This document shows positions 11,962-24,900 of a stretch of 64,000 nucleotides of DNA, one piece after another (positions within the stretch are counted from its first letter, which is position 1; every line of letters begins with the position of its first letter). Under the pieces are notes generated by a model. That model did not search any database, was not told the DNA's origin, and worked only from the letters and a program-made list of their open reading frames with translations. Source of the DNA: Chloropicon primus. Taxonomy: Eukaryota. Both the position numbers and the translations under genes were made by a program. The stretch is taken from contig CP060755.1 of assembly GCA_023205875.1 (NCBI GenBank), forward strand, positions 1,240,001-1,304,000, in the 5' to 3' direction.

Positions 11962-12230
11962 GGCTAGACTCTTGCTTGTGTGTGCGTTGCGGCGTCTGGT
12001 GTGTCTGTCGAGGGTGTGAACATCATCAAAAGATGTTCATCAAGATCCAGCGGGTTGAGGAAGGAGGGGTGGGGCCGTGGAGATCATCAAGGGTTATTAA
12101 AACAATGTGGGTGCAAAGATATCTTGTACCTCTCTAAAACAAAAATTATTCTTTTATTTCGCTGTCCGCCCCGGACCATCCGTTCCAAGAATGCCTCGGC
12201 TCGGCGGGGACCTCGCTCCCACCCCGCTGC

Positions 12231-13473
12231 TTACTTGCTGGCGGGGAGGGGCTCGCTCGACGCCTCTGGGTTGAGCTCCTTCCAAGCCTCGATCCAGGTG
12301 ATCATTGCCTTGGAGAGCTTGGAGAAGTAGGGATCCAGGTCCGAGAGCTCTTCCCCGACCTTCTGCGCGAGCTCGAGGTAGCAGTCGCAGACGGTCTGGC
12401 AGTCCTCGGACAGGGTGACCGACTGGAAGAACGGGATGATCTCTTCCTGCCAGAAGATGCCCTTGTACTCCTTCTTCAGGTTGGTGAAGGGGTTGCTGGC
12501 CTTGCTGTGCCAGATGTAAGGCAGGCCGGTCTTCACTCCGAGGGACAGGTGGTCGCAGATGACCTTGGTGCACCAGCCCGCCCACATGTCGTCGTACCTG
12601 CCGAGCGGCTGCCCGTGGCCCATCAAGCCAAAGTACATGGCCGGCCCGATGACCTCGCGGTTGAAGGTCAAGTTCATGCCGCACATCGGGAAGAGGCTTC
12701 CCTTCGGAACCGTCATGACCGCGTTCACGTACCTCGTGTTCCTCTCCGCGGGCTTCACCAGCTGCGTCGGCGCGTCGTAGTCAGGGATGTTCAGCCACAA
12801 GCCGTGGGACACCACCGTCTCCACGCCCTCCCTCAGGCTGAAGGGGTACCCCCGCACAAAATCGCTCCCGGGGGCGAAGGGGTCGTAGAGCGTGTTGAAG
12901 AAGAAGGGCGTGGACGGCGTGGATATGTTCTTTAGGTGCTGCTCCAGGGCATTGATCTTGTTGCCCTCGGGGTCTTCCGCCACGAAGCAGTCATCATCTA
13001 TCGTGTACACGTACTTGGCCTTCGAAACCAGGAACCCAAAGCAGCGGCAGGCGGAGTCCTTGAAAGAGATGCAATCGGCCTTCTTTCCCAGAATCCTTTC
13101 GATGTCGTTCCTGTTGTAGAGCTCGTAGTTGAAGCCCGGGGGTATCTGGACGACGCGCGAAGGGTCACCGTCCTGCACGATGATGAGCTTGTGCTTCTCG
13201 AAGAACGGCCTTGGCAAGGCGAAGAACGGAAGGAATCGCGGTCGAATGTCAGCATCGAAACGCAATGCGGGCTATTGCACACACCCTCACGCGAGCACGA
13301 AGGCGAACCACTGGTCTCGGTACACTCCCTCCCCTCGCACCGAGAGTGTGGTGTGCTCTCGTCCTCGGCACCGTCACTCACCTCCACTGCTCGAGGAAGT
13401 CCAGGTTCCTAATCGTCGGGATCACGATGTCCACGTCCTCGGGCTTGGGAATACTCCCATACTCGAACGTCAT
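12231..13473 (-). CDS. RGP: UDP-arabinopyranose mutase / reversibly glycosylated polypeptide (GT75); exons 13473-13382 and 13209-12231
   Basis: Exon 1 encodes [17 protein letters not shown]. Exon 2 encodes [44 protein letters not shown]. Confidence 0.95.
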
Positions 13474-13922
13474 CTCCAAAGGCCTCCTCCGTCGCGTTCT
13501 TGTCTCGTCTCGTCGGGTCCGGTCGCGCCACCCTCTTCCCTGCTGGCGCGCTCACATCTGTCTGTCGGGACCCAACGGCTACCATGGATTTAAATAATGA
13601 AATTACATGAAAAGTTTTCTTTCCCTGGACAGAGGACCCCCAGAGTCTGCCCGCGAGGGGAGGAAGGCGCCGTTGGCGTCGAAGAGGGAGGAACAGGAGG
13701 TCTCTCCCCCGGTCTCCGCCTTCTCCCTCTCCCTCTCCCTCTCCCTCTGTCTCCAAATTGGGTGCGCACTGGGAGGGAAGGCTTGGGCGCTGCCTGCGAT
13801 CGAACCTCTTCCGTCGTCGTTGTCGTCGTTGAGGATGGATGACTGGTTGGTGAACTTCGTGTTATGTTACATTTTACGGGCGGGAGGGAGCTTCCCTTCC
13901 AGGCGTTTCGATCAACGAGCTT

Positions 13923-14639
13923 TCACTTCTTCTTTGCGTTGATGAGGTCTCGCGTCGAAGTCTTCGTCTCGAACCCCCTGGCGGCGCTGAGCTTGTACGA
14001 AGCAACAGCCTTCTGCAGGTTCCGGTCCTTCTTCCTGGCACTCCGAACGAGTTCCGTGCTGTTCTTCATCATCGCTTGGATTCTCTCGACGCTGCTTCCG
14101 ATCTGTTGCACGAGTGGCGAAGGGGGAGGGCGACAGCACGACGCGCGCGAGTCAGTGAGGACCATTCTACGTGAGAGGGGAGCACAGAAAGTGTTGGGTA
14201 TGTCGTACCTCCTCCTTGAGCAGCTCGCGGTCCTTCAGCTTCTTGGCGTGCTCCAGCTCAAGAGCCTTCAACTTCGGCTCAGAGTGCGCTATTTCTCTCT
14301 CGACCCACTTCAGGTCTTCCGTGTCAAGCTCAATTTGCCTCTCGCAGTCCTCTATCTTTTGCCTGAAGTGGGCCATGATCTTGTCCAAGTTCGAGATTCC
14401 TCTCTCGAGGGCCTGGGGGTCCGCCATTTCCGCCATCAGCTTATCGGGGGAGCCGGGCCCTTTTCCTGTGCGTGGCAGGCAGAGCGCGTCTCGTGTCAGG
14501 AAACCCCGCCGCGCGCCTCTTTCTCTTCCGGAGTTCAGGGAATCGATTGCAGGGCGCGTGGCGTGTAACGCAAAGCCTGCGTTTAGAGAGAAAGGTGCGC
14601 TGGCTTACCTGAGGTCTCTTCCTTCCCTGCCGTGGCCAT
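13923..14639 (-). CDS. Small coiled-coil protein, SSNA1/DIP13-like (exons 14639-14609, 14465-14209, 14102-13923)
   Basis: Two GT-AG introns give a continuous frame of about 155 aa. The heptad pattern lines up loosely with SSNA1/DIP13. Confidence 0.45.
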
Positions 14640-15064
14640 CTTACTTGGTGGTGAGACCGCGAAATATGTACTGCGAGCGCAGCAAACAAACCTTCACCTG
14701 CTTCCTGGACACTTGGCAAGTGGGAACCAACAACCAAAGATAGTGTGTCTCCGTTCGTTCTGCTCACGTCCTGCCCGAGCCTGCACCTCCCTCAGGTGCC
14801 AAGGACTCCCGGCGGATACAGAGAGCAAGCCAAACACGCGTCTTTGGGTCCGGACGTCCCCTGCTCACTCCTTGCCCCTCAACTCGGCGTGCTCTCAGAG
14901 CCCGTCCCGTCTGTCCAGCCCGAAATCGAAGAGAGCAAGAGTCAACGATTCGTTGAAAGGCCGGACAGAGGGAGGAGGTATACGACAAGGCGAGACCTTT
15001 GACGTGGTTGATCGCGGCAGAGAGGGAGACGGGAGAGAGATAGACAGACAGACAGAGAGGCGTC

Positions 15065-15743
15065 ATGACGGAGGAGAACTTGGAGAACGAGAAGGTGAGA
15101 AGGAGGGAGGCAATGCGAAAGGACGGGGTGTTGATTTATTTTATTTTATTGTTTTCCTCTGGAAAGGCGCCCTTGTGCAGCTGAGCTGACTTTTGCTTCT
15201 CGTTGTGTGTGCGTGTGTGCGCGCGGCGCGCCCTGGAAGGAGGTTGCCGGAAACGGAAAGTTCTTCTTCCCCAACAGCGGTACGTACGAGGGGGATTACA
15301 AGGAGTGGGTAGTAGAGGACGAGGAGGGTGCCGAGGAAGCTGGTGAGGGAGACGAGGAGAAGGCACCTCCGAAGCGCGTCAGGCATGGCAAGGGGACCTA
15401 CTCGGAGCGCGGCAACACGTACACGGGTGACTGGGAGGACGACAAGATGCAAGGGAAAGGAAAGTTCACTTACGCGAGCAAGGCGGAGTACGAAGGAGAC
15501 TGGGTAGGCAACCAATACCAGGGCACTGGCAAGTACACTTGGCCCGACGGGTCCTCGTACGAGGTGAGTGGTGGTCGAGACATTCCGGCGGTTGGCGAGA
15601 ACTTGCTTGCGGTGCAGTCCCCTGACAACAGCTGCTTCCCTTCTCTCCGACTGACTGACCAGGGGAGCTGGGAGGAGAACGCCCTCCACGGAGAAGGCAT
15701 TTACACGGATGCCGAGGTAAGCCAACGTTGAGACAGACACACA

Positions 15744-15814
<71 letters not shown>

Positions 15815-15971
15815 TGATGATTTGATCTGCGCATGGTCCCACGACAACGGAAACACTGACATGGGTGACTCACGGACGCGCTGTTCAAACCCCTCCAACG
15901 ACGGACAGGGTCACAGGTTCAAGGGAGAGTTCTTCAACGGCAAAGGCAATAACCTCGTGAAGCTCTTGTAA
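15065..15971 (+). CDS. MORN-repeat protein, MORN2-like (exons 15065-15094, 15240-15563, 15663-15716, 15909-15971)
   Basis: Repeated YxGxWxxxxxxGxGxY MORN motifs. Three phase-0 GT-AG introns. Confidence 0.8.
15732..15812. repeat. Compound (AC)n(AG)n microsatellite inside the last MORN intron
   Basis: Directly visible run of acacac followed by agagag. Confidence 0.95.
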
Positions 15972-16533
15972 CATGTTTTGTATCGAACAGAATGGTGGTC
16001 GCACGTGCACAACGCTCTGGCAGCCCCAACCCCGACTCCACAAGAGGACGAACGCCCTGTGGAGTTCCTCAACAACTCGAGCCCGCCCCGCCCCGCACAC
16101 AACCACCCATCGTCGACGAACGGGAGGAGGGGAGCGGAGAGAATCACGCCCCCGGCAGCGAGAGACAGAGAAGGAGAGAACCTGGAGGTCACCATTCACC
16201 ATTCACTCTGTCGGGATGGATCAGTCCATCCATGGACCTCCCAGCGCCTTCCCTCTCTCGGGAAGAAGAAAAAAAAACGTGGATTTAATTTCCGTCCAGC
16301 GCACGGACAAAAAGTGCCTTCGCGATCGCGATCGTTCAAGGCTGTCTTGCTGACGGAGGCCGATCTTTGTCGACGAAGAGGACGGTAGCGCGGAGGGCGA
16401 GGCGCTTGGACTTCGCTTGTGCTTTGCGGGGACGGACGCGAAGCGGTCTTTGCCCATCGGTTTGGTTTTGCTTTCGCGGAGGGGATAGGAGGGCATTTGT
16501 GAAGTCCTGTTCCCCAGGTCGGAGGGGAGAGAC

Positions 16534-18308
16534 ATGGTGACGACGACGCGTTCTCCCAGGGGGAGGGGGAAGCCAAAGCGGACCTCGGGCGAGAAGATGA
16601 ATGTCGCTGGCGTCGCCAAGAAGTCACCCGTGAAGTCGAGGGCGACTAAGAAGGTGAGTCGCCCTCCTCTCTCTCTGAGTTTTTTTGTTTTTTTGTTTGT
16701 TGGCGGATGAGCTTTCTCCCAGGAAGCGCTAGGGGGCTCCCGCTCCAGTTCAACGTTTGTACTGACCGCTCTCCCTCCCTTTGCTTGCAGGTCCGGGTGT
16801 GGTGGCCCCCAACGAAGAACAAGAGCAAGTCTGACATGAGTGGGATGTTTTGGCCTGCCAAAATGATTGAGATGAAGGGGACAGATAAGGCTGTGGTGGA
16901 GTACGACAACGGGGACAGGGAGACGACGAGCCTGGAGAACTGCCAGCCCTTCAAGTTTCCGGGCGAGTTCGGGGGCGAGAAGAGGCCTCTCGCGGAGGGT
17001 GAGTACGTTGAGGTCTCGAACAACAGCAAGTCAGACCCGGCCGCTTGGTTCGCCAGGATCGTCAAGGTGAAGAAGGTCAACTGCGAGGTGGAGTACCCCT
17101 TCTGCGACGGAGAGCCGGAGAACAAGAACATGGAGCTCATTCGTCGCGCGAGGATACACGACGAGGGCACGGGGGTTTGGAGCTTCGTCGACCCGAGGCA
17201 GAAGTGGAAGGACGGGAAGTTCTCCTCGCCCATGGAGGCGAAGCTGTACTCCGAGGAGGAGCACAAGGAGTGGCTGAAGGAGCAGGCCGCTGCACAGACG
17301 TCGTCGAAGGAGGCCTCAAGGTCCGGCATGACGAATAAGCTCGCGGTGAAGCAGGACAAGATCGCAAAGAAGCAGATGATGAAGGAAATGAGAGCACAGG
17401 TTCCAAACATCAAGAAGCCTGCCAGGGCAAAGACGGCGTACCTCTTCTTCTGCGAGCATCACAGGCCACAGGTTAGGGCGGAGAAGCCCCAGCTCTCGAT
17501 GGTCGAGGTCACAAAAGTTTTGGGGGAGATGTGGAAGAAGGCTTCAGAGGAGAGCAGAAAGGATTTCGATCTCCTAGCCCTGGCGGACCAGAAGAGGCAC
17601 AACAAGGAGATGGAAAAGTACCTCGAACAACTGAGGTCTCACACCTTCCAGTTCCAGGTGCCTCACGGCTTTACCCCCACGATGTTTTCACCGATGTTTC
17701 CCCAGGTGTTCGCCTGCCAAGAAAAGCTGAGGAAGCCCACCAAGCCCAAGAGCGAGTACACCCTGTTCCAGAACGCGATGAAGAAGCAGAAAACGGACTG
17801 TTCCGAGGAAGCGGTCGCAGAGAGGTGGAACAACCTGAGCAAGGAGGAGAGGAGCGTGTACACCAGGAAAGCAGACCAGGCCAGGGAGGTGTACGAGAAG
17901 AAGATGGAGGAGTACAACACGAAGAAGAAGATGCGGGGAGGGAACAACAGGCCGCCCGTGGGGACACCCCAAGGAAGTCCGCCGCCGGGCGGGATGACGA
18001 CCCAGTCTCCCAAGGCAGCAGAGAGAACAGTGCCCCATCCACAGTTTCAGAATCCTTATCTGCCCCCGACCCAGACGATGGACATGGAAGACCTGAGGAA
18101 GAGGATCAAGACACTCACAAGCGAGGACGTTTACTATCAGGTGATAGACTTTTTGAGGTCAGATTCTCCGAACTTTGGTACTGCTTGGTCTGCCGCCCAG
18201 CAGTACCTGGTCTCGCAACCCAACCCAATCATGAAGAAGCCTGACGTGAAGGGATTCCTAGTGGCGGTCTTTGGCATCGAAGCCTACGAACAAATGAAGA
18301 AATCATAA
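16534..18308 (+). CDS. Chromatin protein with tandem Tudor/Agenet-like domains and two HMG boxes (exons 16534-16653, 16791-18308)
   Basis: Agenet-like segments VRVWWP..FWPAKM..VEYD and VEV..AWFARIV..VEYP. HMG boxes KKPARAKTAYLFFC..LGEMWK and PTKPKSEYTLF..RWNNLS. Confidence 0.8.
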
Positions 18309-18439
18309 ATAATAGTCATAAATAAATCTAGCTTATAATTGTGGCTCTCCTCCTCGCTTCCTCCGGCCTCTCACTCTCATCTCTTTTGCTTCCAGCTTCC
18401 CATGTCACATGACAAAAAAGCGCAGCAGGGAAGAGGACG

Positions 18440-19552
18440 ATGCGCTCGACGGTCGGACAACCGCGCGTGACATGGCGCGCAACAAGGAGTGCGAGCCGAG
18501 TCGCTCGCCGCAGCGAAGGTCCTCGCGGGCGCAGAACCGGCGGGTTCGGCCCGAGGACCCCGAGCGGCCCGCCTCTGGAAGTTTTTTGCAGGGCTGTGAG
18601 TTGTGCCATCCCAGTGCTTGAATCACGACGCAACAGTTCTCGAGTTCGCCCGTTGCTGACGCTTTTTGACTCTACGTCTTCTGCGTGCGAAAGGACTCCG
18701 TGGACGAGGGCGAGGCGGTTCTTGAGTTGCCCCACGAGGTTGAGGAGCGGTATATGAAGCTTCTGAGGCGCCAGGAAGGAAGGGCGAGGGAGCTGACGCA
18801 GAAGCACAAGCACAAGAAGAGGACCACGCACAAGGTCATGAAGGTATCGTCTGGGTACCTCAAGGGCAGTCCGCTGGTATCACCAAGGTTGGTAGCGTCT
18901 TCCTGCCCGCAGGCACCGCGAAAACAACCCCACCCCTCCTCCCCCAACTTCAACTTGCCCGGCGCTGACTCCAAGGCCTCTTTGCTTTCCACCGTGTCGC
19001 AGCGACAAGGACGTCCGCCCGATGATGGGGAAGGTCAGGAGCGCGGTGTTCTCTATGCTGCTGTCGAGAATAGGGGGGAGCTCGGAATTCCCAAGCCATT
19101 GCAGGTGGCTAGACCTTTTTGCCGGAACGGGCTCGGTTGGGATAGAAGCCCTTTCGAGGGGCTGTGGAGTGTGTCACTTTGTTGAGCTCAACCAGTGGAC
19201 CGCAAACGAGGTTTTGATGAGGAACATAGAGAGTCTCGGGGTCCAGGACGCTTGTGCGGTCCACGTCGAGAGCGTCTTTGACTTTCTGACCAAATTTTCT
19301 TACAAGTCGGAAGCGATGGGAGGTCCTTTTGATTTCGTGAGCGTCTGCCCACCATACAACGATATGGATTTTGACGACCTGGTCAGGGGCCTCGAGGACT
19401 CTCGAGTGATATCGAGCAGGTCTTTCCTAATTTTCGAGTATCCCAAAGAGGTCTCCGAGAGTCTGAAACCGTCTCTCGGATCACTGACGCAGCTGGTCAA
19501 CCGCACCTACGGGAGGACTACCGTTGCTATCTACGGGCCGTCAGACTTGTAA
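18440..19552 (+). CDS. rsmD: Plastid RsmD-like 16S rRNA m2G methyltransferase (exons 18440-18595, 18694-18887, 19003-19552)
   Basis: R/S-rich transit peptide. DVRPMMGKVRSAVF, WLDLFAGTGSVGIEALSRG, CPPY, RTYGRT. Confidence 0.88.
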
Positions 19553-19640
19553 GCGCTAAAACAGGGAATATTTTACAAAATATCAAAAACTTTTTTCTTT
19601 TTTTTTGGCTTCTCTTGTGAAACGATCCTGAGCTCTATCG

Positions 19641-19744
19641 CTACTTCTGCTCCAAGTACTTGCTCTCTCCCGTCACCTTGACCATCAATTCGAGGACATC
19701 GCCGGTGCTCCCACCACGGGAAGTCGGGCCAGGTGGCTGCACCT

Positions 19745-19787
<43 letters not shown>

Positions 19788-21209
19788 CTCCTCTTCGGGC
19801 TCCGGCACAGCTTGCTCTTGTTCCACCACAGCCACCCCTTCCTTGGCAACAGCTTCCTCCACCGCGACCGGGGCCTCTTCCATTTTCTTTGTCTCAGCTC
19901 TTGATTGGACTCGCTCTTCGGGGGTGCCAACAACCTTACCCCTGAAATCTTCGACCTCCTCGACCAGGTCATCAGGAACCTTCTTCGTGTTCAACCACTG
20001 CTTGATTTGCCTCTCCGTAGTCTCCCTGTCCTCAGCAAGCAAGGTCTTGCTCGCCAAGAACGAGCCGCCAAGGATGAAAGACAAGAACTCCATCGCTCCT
20101 TCGTATTCGATGAACAGGAAAGACAGCAAGCCCACGCCTCCCAGCACCGCTGCCGCAGTGTTGGCTGGGGTGGGGTTCTCCTTGTAGTTTTCCACGACCT
20201 CTTCCACGCCCGGGAAGCCGAAGGCAAAAGGTTTCCTCCAAGGCATCTCGGAATTCACCCAGCCCGATGGGCCCACGGTGCCATCCGCGACGTAGGCGAC
20301 GTTGTCCGCTTTCAACTCTGAGAACTTCCTCGCAACGTCCCTCGAGAGGCCTCCGTACGAGTCTATGAAAATCACATACTCGTTGGCCTCAACGAGTCTC
20401 TCGAATCTTCCGATATCGAGCTCCTCCTCCGGGTCGACTGGCATCTTGACGTACTTTCTCCTTCCGCCTATGCTCCTGAGATCGGGTTGCCCCTCTTCCT
20501 TGACGGCGACTTTTGATCTCAAGTCCACGAGCTTCACCTGCGGTGTTTCCGCCAGAACATCAAAGGCCTGCGCGGCGGAGACTGACTTCTCCTTCGGTTT
20601 GAGAAGGGAAAACACGAGGGCAGCGGTGCCGCCCAGCACCACGGCCGCCCCGCCCGCCAGAAGCAGTCCCGCGCCCCCCCCGTCGGCGGCAGCAGTAGTC
20701 ACGACGGTGGACTAAGAGAGAGGATGAACAAATCGATTTGAAGGAGAAGCGAAGTTTTCGTGTCAGTCGAGACAGGACGAGACCGAAGGGGTTCGAAGAC
20801 TCCCGTCCGCTTACCTCCACGGCGCTGTTCACCGACGCCTGGTAGGCATCCACGGCCGCGTCCGACGCCGTCGTTGCAGCCTCGTTCAGCGTCTCGGACA
20901 CCGTAGTGGCCACCTCGTCCGCGTACGCCTCCGCGATTTCGAAGATGGGCACGGCGTTCGCTTTCACGTCCTGCCTCGCTCCCTTTCTCGAGGCTGGCAC
21001 ACGTCCAGAGGGGAACGAAGCGTCAGAGCCAGAGTTTCTTCCCGAGGCGACAAAACCGAGCGAGCGAGCGAGAGAGAGAGAGACAGGGGGGGGGACTTAC
21101 AGATGCTCTTGTTTCCCTTCTTCGCAAACTTCCTGTGCTTCGGGCGACCTACGTTCGTCGCCCCCGTCGCCTGAACGCGCGCGCACTTGCCCATCACTGC
21201 ATTCGACAT
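19641..21209 (-). CDS. Thylakoid rhodanese-like protein (TROL/STR4-like), multi-exon
   Basis: Transit-peptide-like start, TM segment, rhodanese-like core (LVDLR, GQPDLR, GWVNSEMPW), second hydrophobic hairpin and an (EP)n linker. Exon boundaries are approximate. Confidence 0.7.
19746..19790. repeat. (GGCTCT)n hexamer repeat encoding (EP)n on the minus strand
   Basis: Directly visible. Confidence 0.9.
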
Positions 21210-21573
21210 CCTCGCCCTCCGTCCTTCCTCTCTCGTCCTCGCCTCGTCCCCTGTTCACAAGACAACGCAAAGCCAAGCAAAAGGAACCCTGGCTCCCCCT
21301 CTTTGTGGTTCGCAGAGATCTTGTCAATCCTTCAATCGGATAACGTTTATTTAGATGTAAAGTTCACACTTAAGGTGGCTCCGAAGAGGAGAGGAGGAAG
21401 TTGGCGAAGGGAAGGGGAAGGGGAAGGGCCTTGACCCGAACGGACGATGGGGTCCGAACCGATCTGGTCTGGAGGAGTTTGAGCCAGTTTCGGGTGTGGG
21501 TTTGCTTGGGGGAAGGAGTCAGGGAGGAAGACTTGTTTGCTTCTTTGTGCGGGCGGGTGGGTGTGAGTCCAGG

Positions 21574-21816
21574 ATGGTGCAGGCGATGAAGGGAGTGCTG
21601 CTCAAGGGAGATATCCCACTGAAGCAGTTCGTGATCAGCCTGAACGAGGCCAGGATACCGAGCGAGAGGTTCATCATAGCGGACCTCGACGAGAGGACCT
21701 TGCTGATCCAGCCCCAGGCGGAGGCCTTCTTGCAGGAGAAGCTCCAGGTGTTCGTCGACGAGAACCAGTACCAGCCACCGCTCCGTTCCTCGGGGCACTC
21801 GAGCGGCCGAAAGTAG
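21574..21816 (+). CDS. TFB5: TFIIH subunit TFB5/GTF2H5 (TTDA)
   Basis: MVQAMKGVLLKGDIPLKQFV...FIIADLDERTLLI matches the Tfb5 pattern. Confidence 0.9.
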   Translation: MVQAMKGVLLKGDIPLKQFVISLNEARIPSERFIIADLDERTLLIQPQAEAFLQEKLQVFVDENQYQPPLRSSGHSSGRK

Positions 21817-21929
21817 CGCGGTGGCGTGTGTGTGTGTGTGTAAATATAGTATGTATACAAATTTACAAGTACAAGAGGGGTTTGGCCCCCGAAGCCTCCC
21901 GCAACCACCCGCCCTCGTCCCTGTCGTCG

Positions 21930-24900
21930 CTACGCTTGCAGGAACTTTTGCTTGGCACTCTTGATGAGAATGGAAGGGAAGTGCCTCTCCAAAATGCTTT
22001 GGGTAAAATACAGGTCATCCAGCATGTGCTCAAGGAAGAGGAGCTTTGGGCCTGCCGCGTCCTCGTCGCCGAATACGAGGGGCGCTGCCGTGTCCGAGAA
22101 CGCTTCAAACCTTTCAGACACTGACTGGCGGTCGGGGTCGTTGGCCACGCCGGGGGTGCAGTGCCCGATCACGTAACTCAAGTGCCTGAAGGCCAGACTG
22201 ATGCTGAACATGTCTTGGTCCAGGGTCCCGCTCTCCGGGTGGTACTGAATGGACTTCCAGCACGTGTGCGAAAGGAACGACGCGAAGAGCTGCTCCACCA
22301 AGTCAAAAGACTTTGACGATATCGACATGTTTTGGAAGATGGAGGCGACCACGGGGTTGCACCCTTCTACTCTCCTTCCCAGGGCGTAGGACAGCAGGTG
22401 AGCCTGCTGAAACTCCAAGTTCCTGTCCAGGACCTCCACCGCATTGGTCTCGAGAGCGTGGACGAGGCTGTCCTGCAAGCCAGACAAATTCTTGCCAAAG
22501 GCCAGGTGAGAGGCGTGCGAGAGCATGTCGAGGAAGTTTATGCATCTCCCGAGCGTCCGAGCGGCATTTATCGTCGCCTCCAGCAGGAAGGACTTGGCCT
22601 CCAGCTCCGTCAAGCTTCTCAACTCCCCCCTCTGAGACGTTGCGAAGATCACCTCTGCTATGAACGTTTGGTTGCTCGTGAGCTCCTTGTGAATCGTAGA
22701 AAGAGAGTCCGCAATACTCCTTTCGATCTCATTCCAAAACGCGAGGGTGCCGTACAACCCAAACACTTTGAGGAAGGCTTTCATCTCGTTTGCGCTGAAA
22801 TGCACAGCCTCTTTCCCTGCAGAGAAGCTGCCCTTGCTGAACGTTCTGAGCTTGGACGAGTACACAGAGTCCTTCTGGTGAACCACAGAAAAAACAACCC
22901 ACGCCGCGTACTTCTCCGATATCGTGGTGGAGGTCCTGTCGCTGTCCGGGGCCAGGATAGGCATCCTGAATTTCGTTCTCGAGGGTATCTCCTGGTAGAT
23001 CACATCCCTGACGAGACGCTGGATGTTCACCGTCGTCGCAGACTGAAAAGACTGGAGAAAGTTCACGAACTTCGAAACCTTCAAGAACAGGGCCGAGGGG
23101 TCTGGGTAGGGCTCGCTCGTTCCGACGGTCCTCGCCAAAAAGGACTCAAGGGCAGACTTCAATGCAGCGTACAGATACCCCTTGGGCTTGATGCAGTACC
23201 TCGAGAGCTCGAAGTTCTTGCAGTCGCTCAGAACCCTGACAAGCCCGAGAAGCATCTTGTATTTTCCCAAGAGACTTGGCGAAGCGATCTTCTTGTCAAG
23301 AATCTCAAAGATGCTGCTTTGCTTGATGCTCTTCCGCTTGCCGGATTTGGCCTTTCCCTTGACGGAGGCAACCCTGACTATGTCAGTCCCGCCCTCGTAC
23401 GTCCCGTACCCCTCTTCCTCAATCTGGAGGAGGATGTTTTTGACCTGCAGGCTTATGCTGTCCAGCAGACCTTGAACAGGCTTTGCTACGTCGTCATCGA
23501 CGATGACGTGGCACCTCGCGTGGTTGTTGTTCATAAACGAACCATGCACTTCCAGAACACTCTGAAGGAGTTCGTCGATGTCAAGGTTGCTGAGGATCGA
23601 CTCCTCGAGGATGTCGTTGAACTTGTCTATGAAGTAGTAAACCACTTTCATGTTGTTCACTTTGGCGACCTGCCTCGGGAGCTTGTCCATCAAGAAAGTT
23701 CCGTTCACCAGATCCTGGATCTCCGCGAGCAGTGGAAGCCCGTACTTTTCTGTGGACAGGCTATCAATGGCTTGCAGCTTCACGATAGGGTACAGCGTCA
23801 AGTAGCGAAGCCAACTAATCCGCATGGCAGTCAAGTTACCCTCCTCCCCTTCCTTTGGAAAGCCAACCTCAAGGACACTCCGTATGGACTTGGCCGTGAC
23901 GGAGAAATCGCCCGAGTCGAACTTCTCGAGCATGTTGTACAATTTCGCTGCCTTCTCCTTCGCCTGTGCCACGATCTCAGGCACCACCTCCACTTCTTGA
24001 CTGAGGAGCTTGTCCTTCAGCCCTTTCATCGCTTCTATGATCTTCAGGATGTGCGTGGGGGGGCACTTCTTCAGCAGAGGCTCCTCGTGAGGCAGTTTCA
24101 GAACTGTTGGCAGACCTTGGGGCACGTTCTCCCTCCAGTGGTGCATGTGCCAGATGACTTCCGATCTCGCGAGCGCGAGGGCGGCCATGCACTGGTTTGC
24201 TTCCCTGAAGCCACTGTTCGACTTGTAGGAAAGGGACATTTCGCATTTTGTGAGGAGCTGCAGGACGAATTCCCTTCGAATGACGTGCTTCGGCGCTGTG
24301 TCCGCGCAAGCTTGGCTGAAGCTACCCACCACCATGCTTCGAAGGTTCGTCTTGTGACCCTGCCTGGGCTGCTTTCTTTGCTTCAGGATCTGCTTCATTT
24401 TCGGGTAGGAGTGCACCAGTATCTCCGCGTGGATCCAAAGGTTGATGTCCCTGAAGATAGGAAGGAGCATCGTGTCGTTGAGAATAATTCGCAAGAAGTC
24501 TAGGACGCGGTCGTCCGTGAGGATCATCGGGCAAGCGATGGAGAGCCACAGCGTCCAGTCTCTGTACTCCTCCACTCGCACCAAGTTCTCGCAGATTTGT
24601 TGGTGAGACAAGCCCGCGAGCGGTCCTATCGAATAGCTGTCCTTGGTCTCGCTCGTGAATATCTCCTGGCCCGCGAGCATGTCCGTGCTCGACGAGAGCG
24701 CGCAATAGGGCCCAAAAATGTTTTTGATTCCCTTTTCCACGACCAGCTGGTAGTCCGCAAAGTCCTGCTGCAAGCAGGGAATCACAGAGTCGAACCTCAT
24801 CAGGAACACCAGCAGGGTGTCGTGCTCGTGGGGCTTCTCGTGCGAGTCAAAGCCCGAGATCGGCTTGGACCGGTAGTCCAAGAAGTACGCCAGAGCGTAG

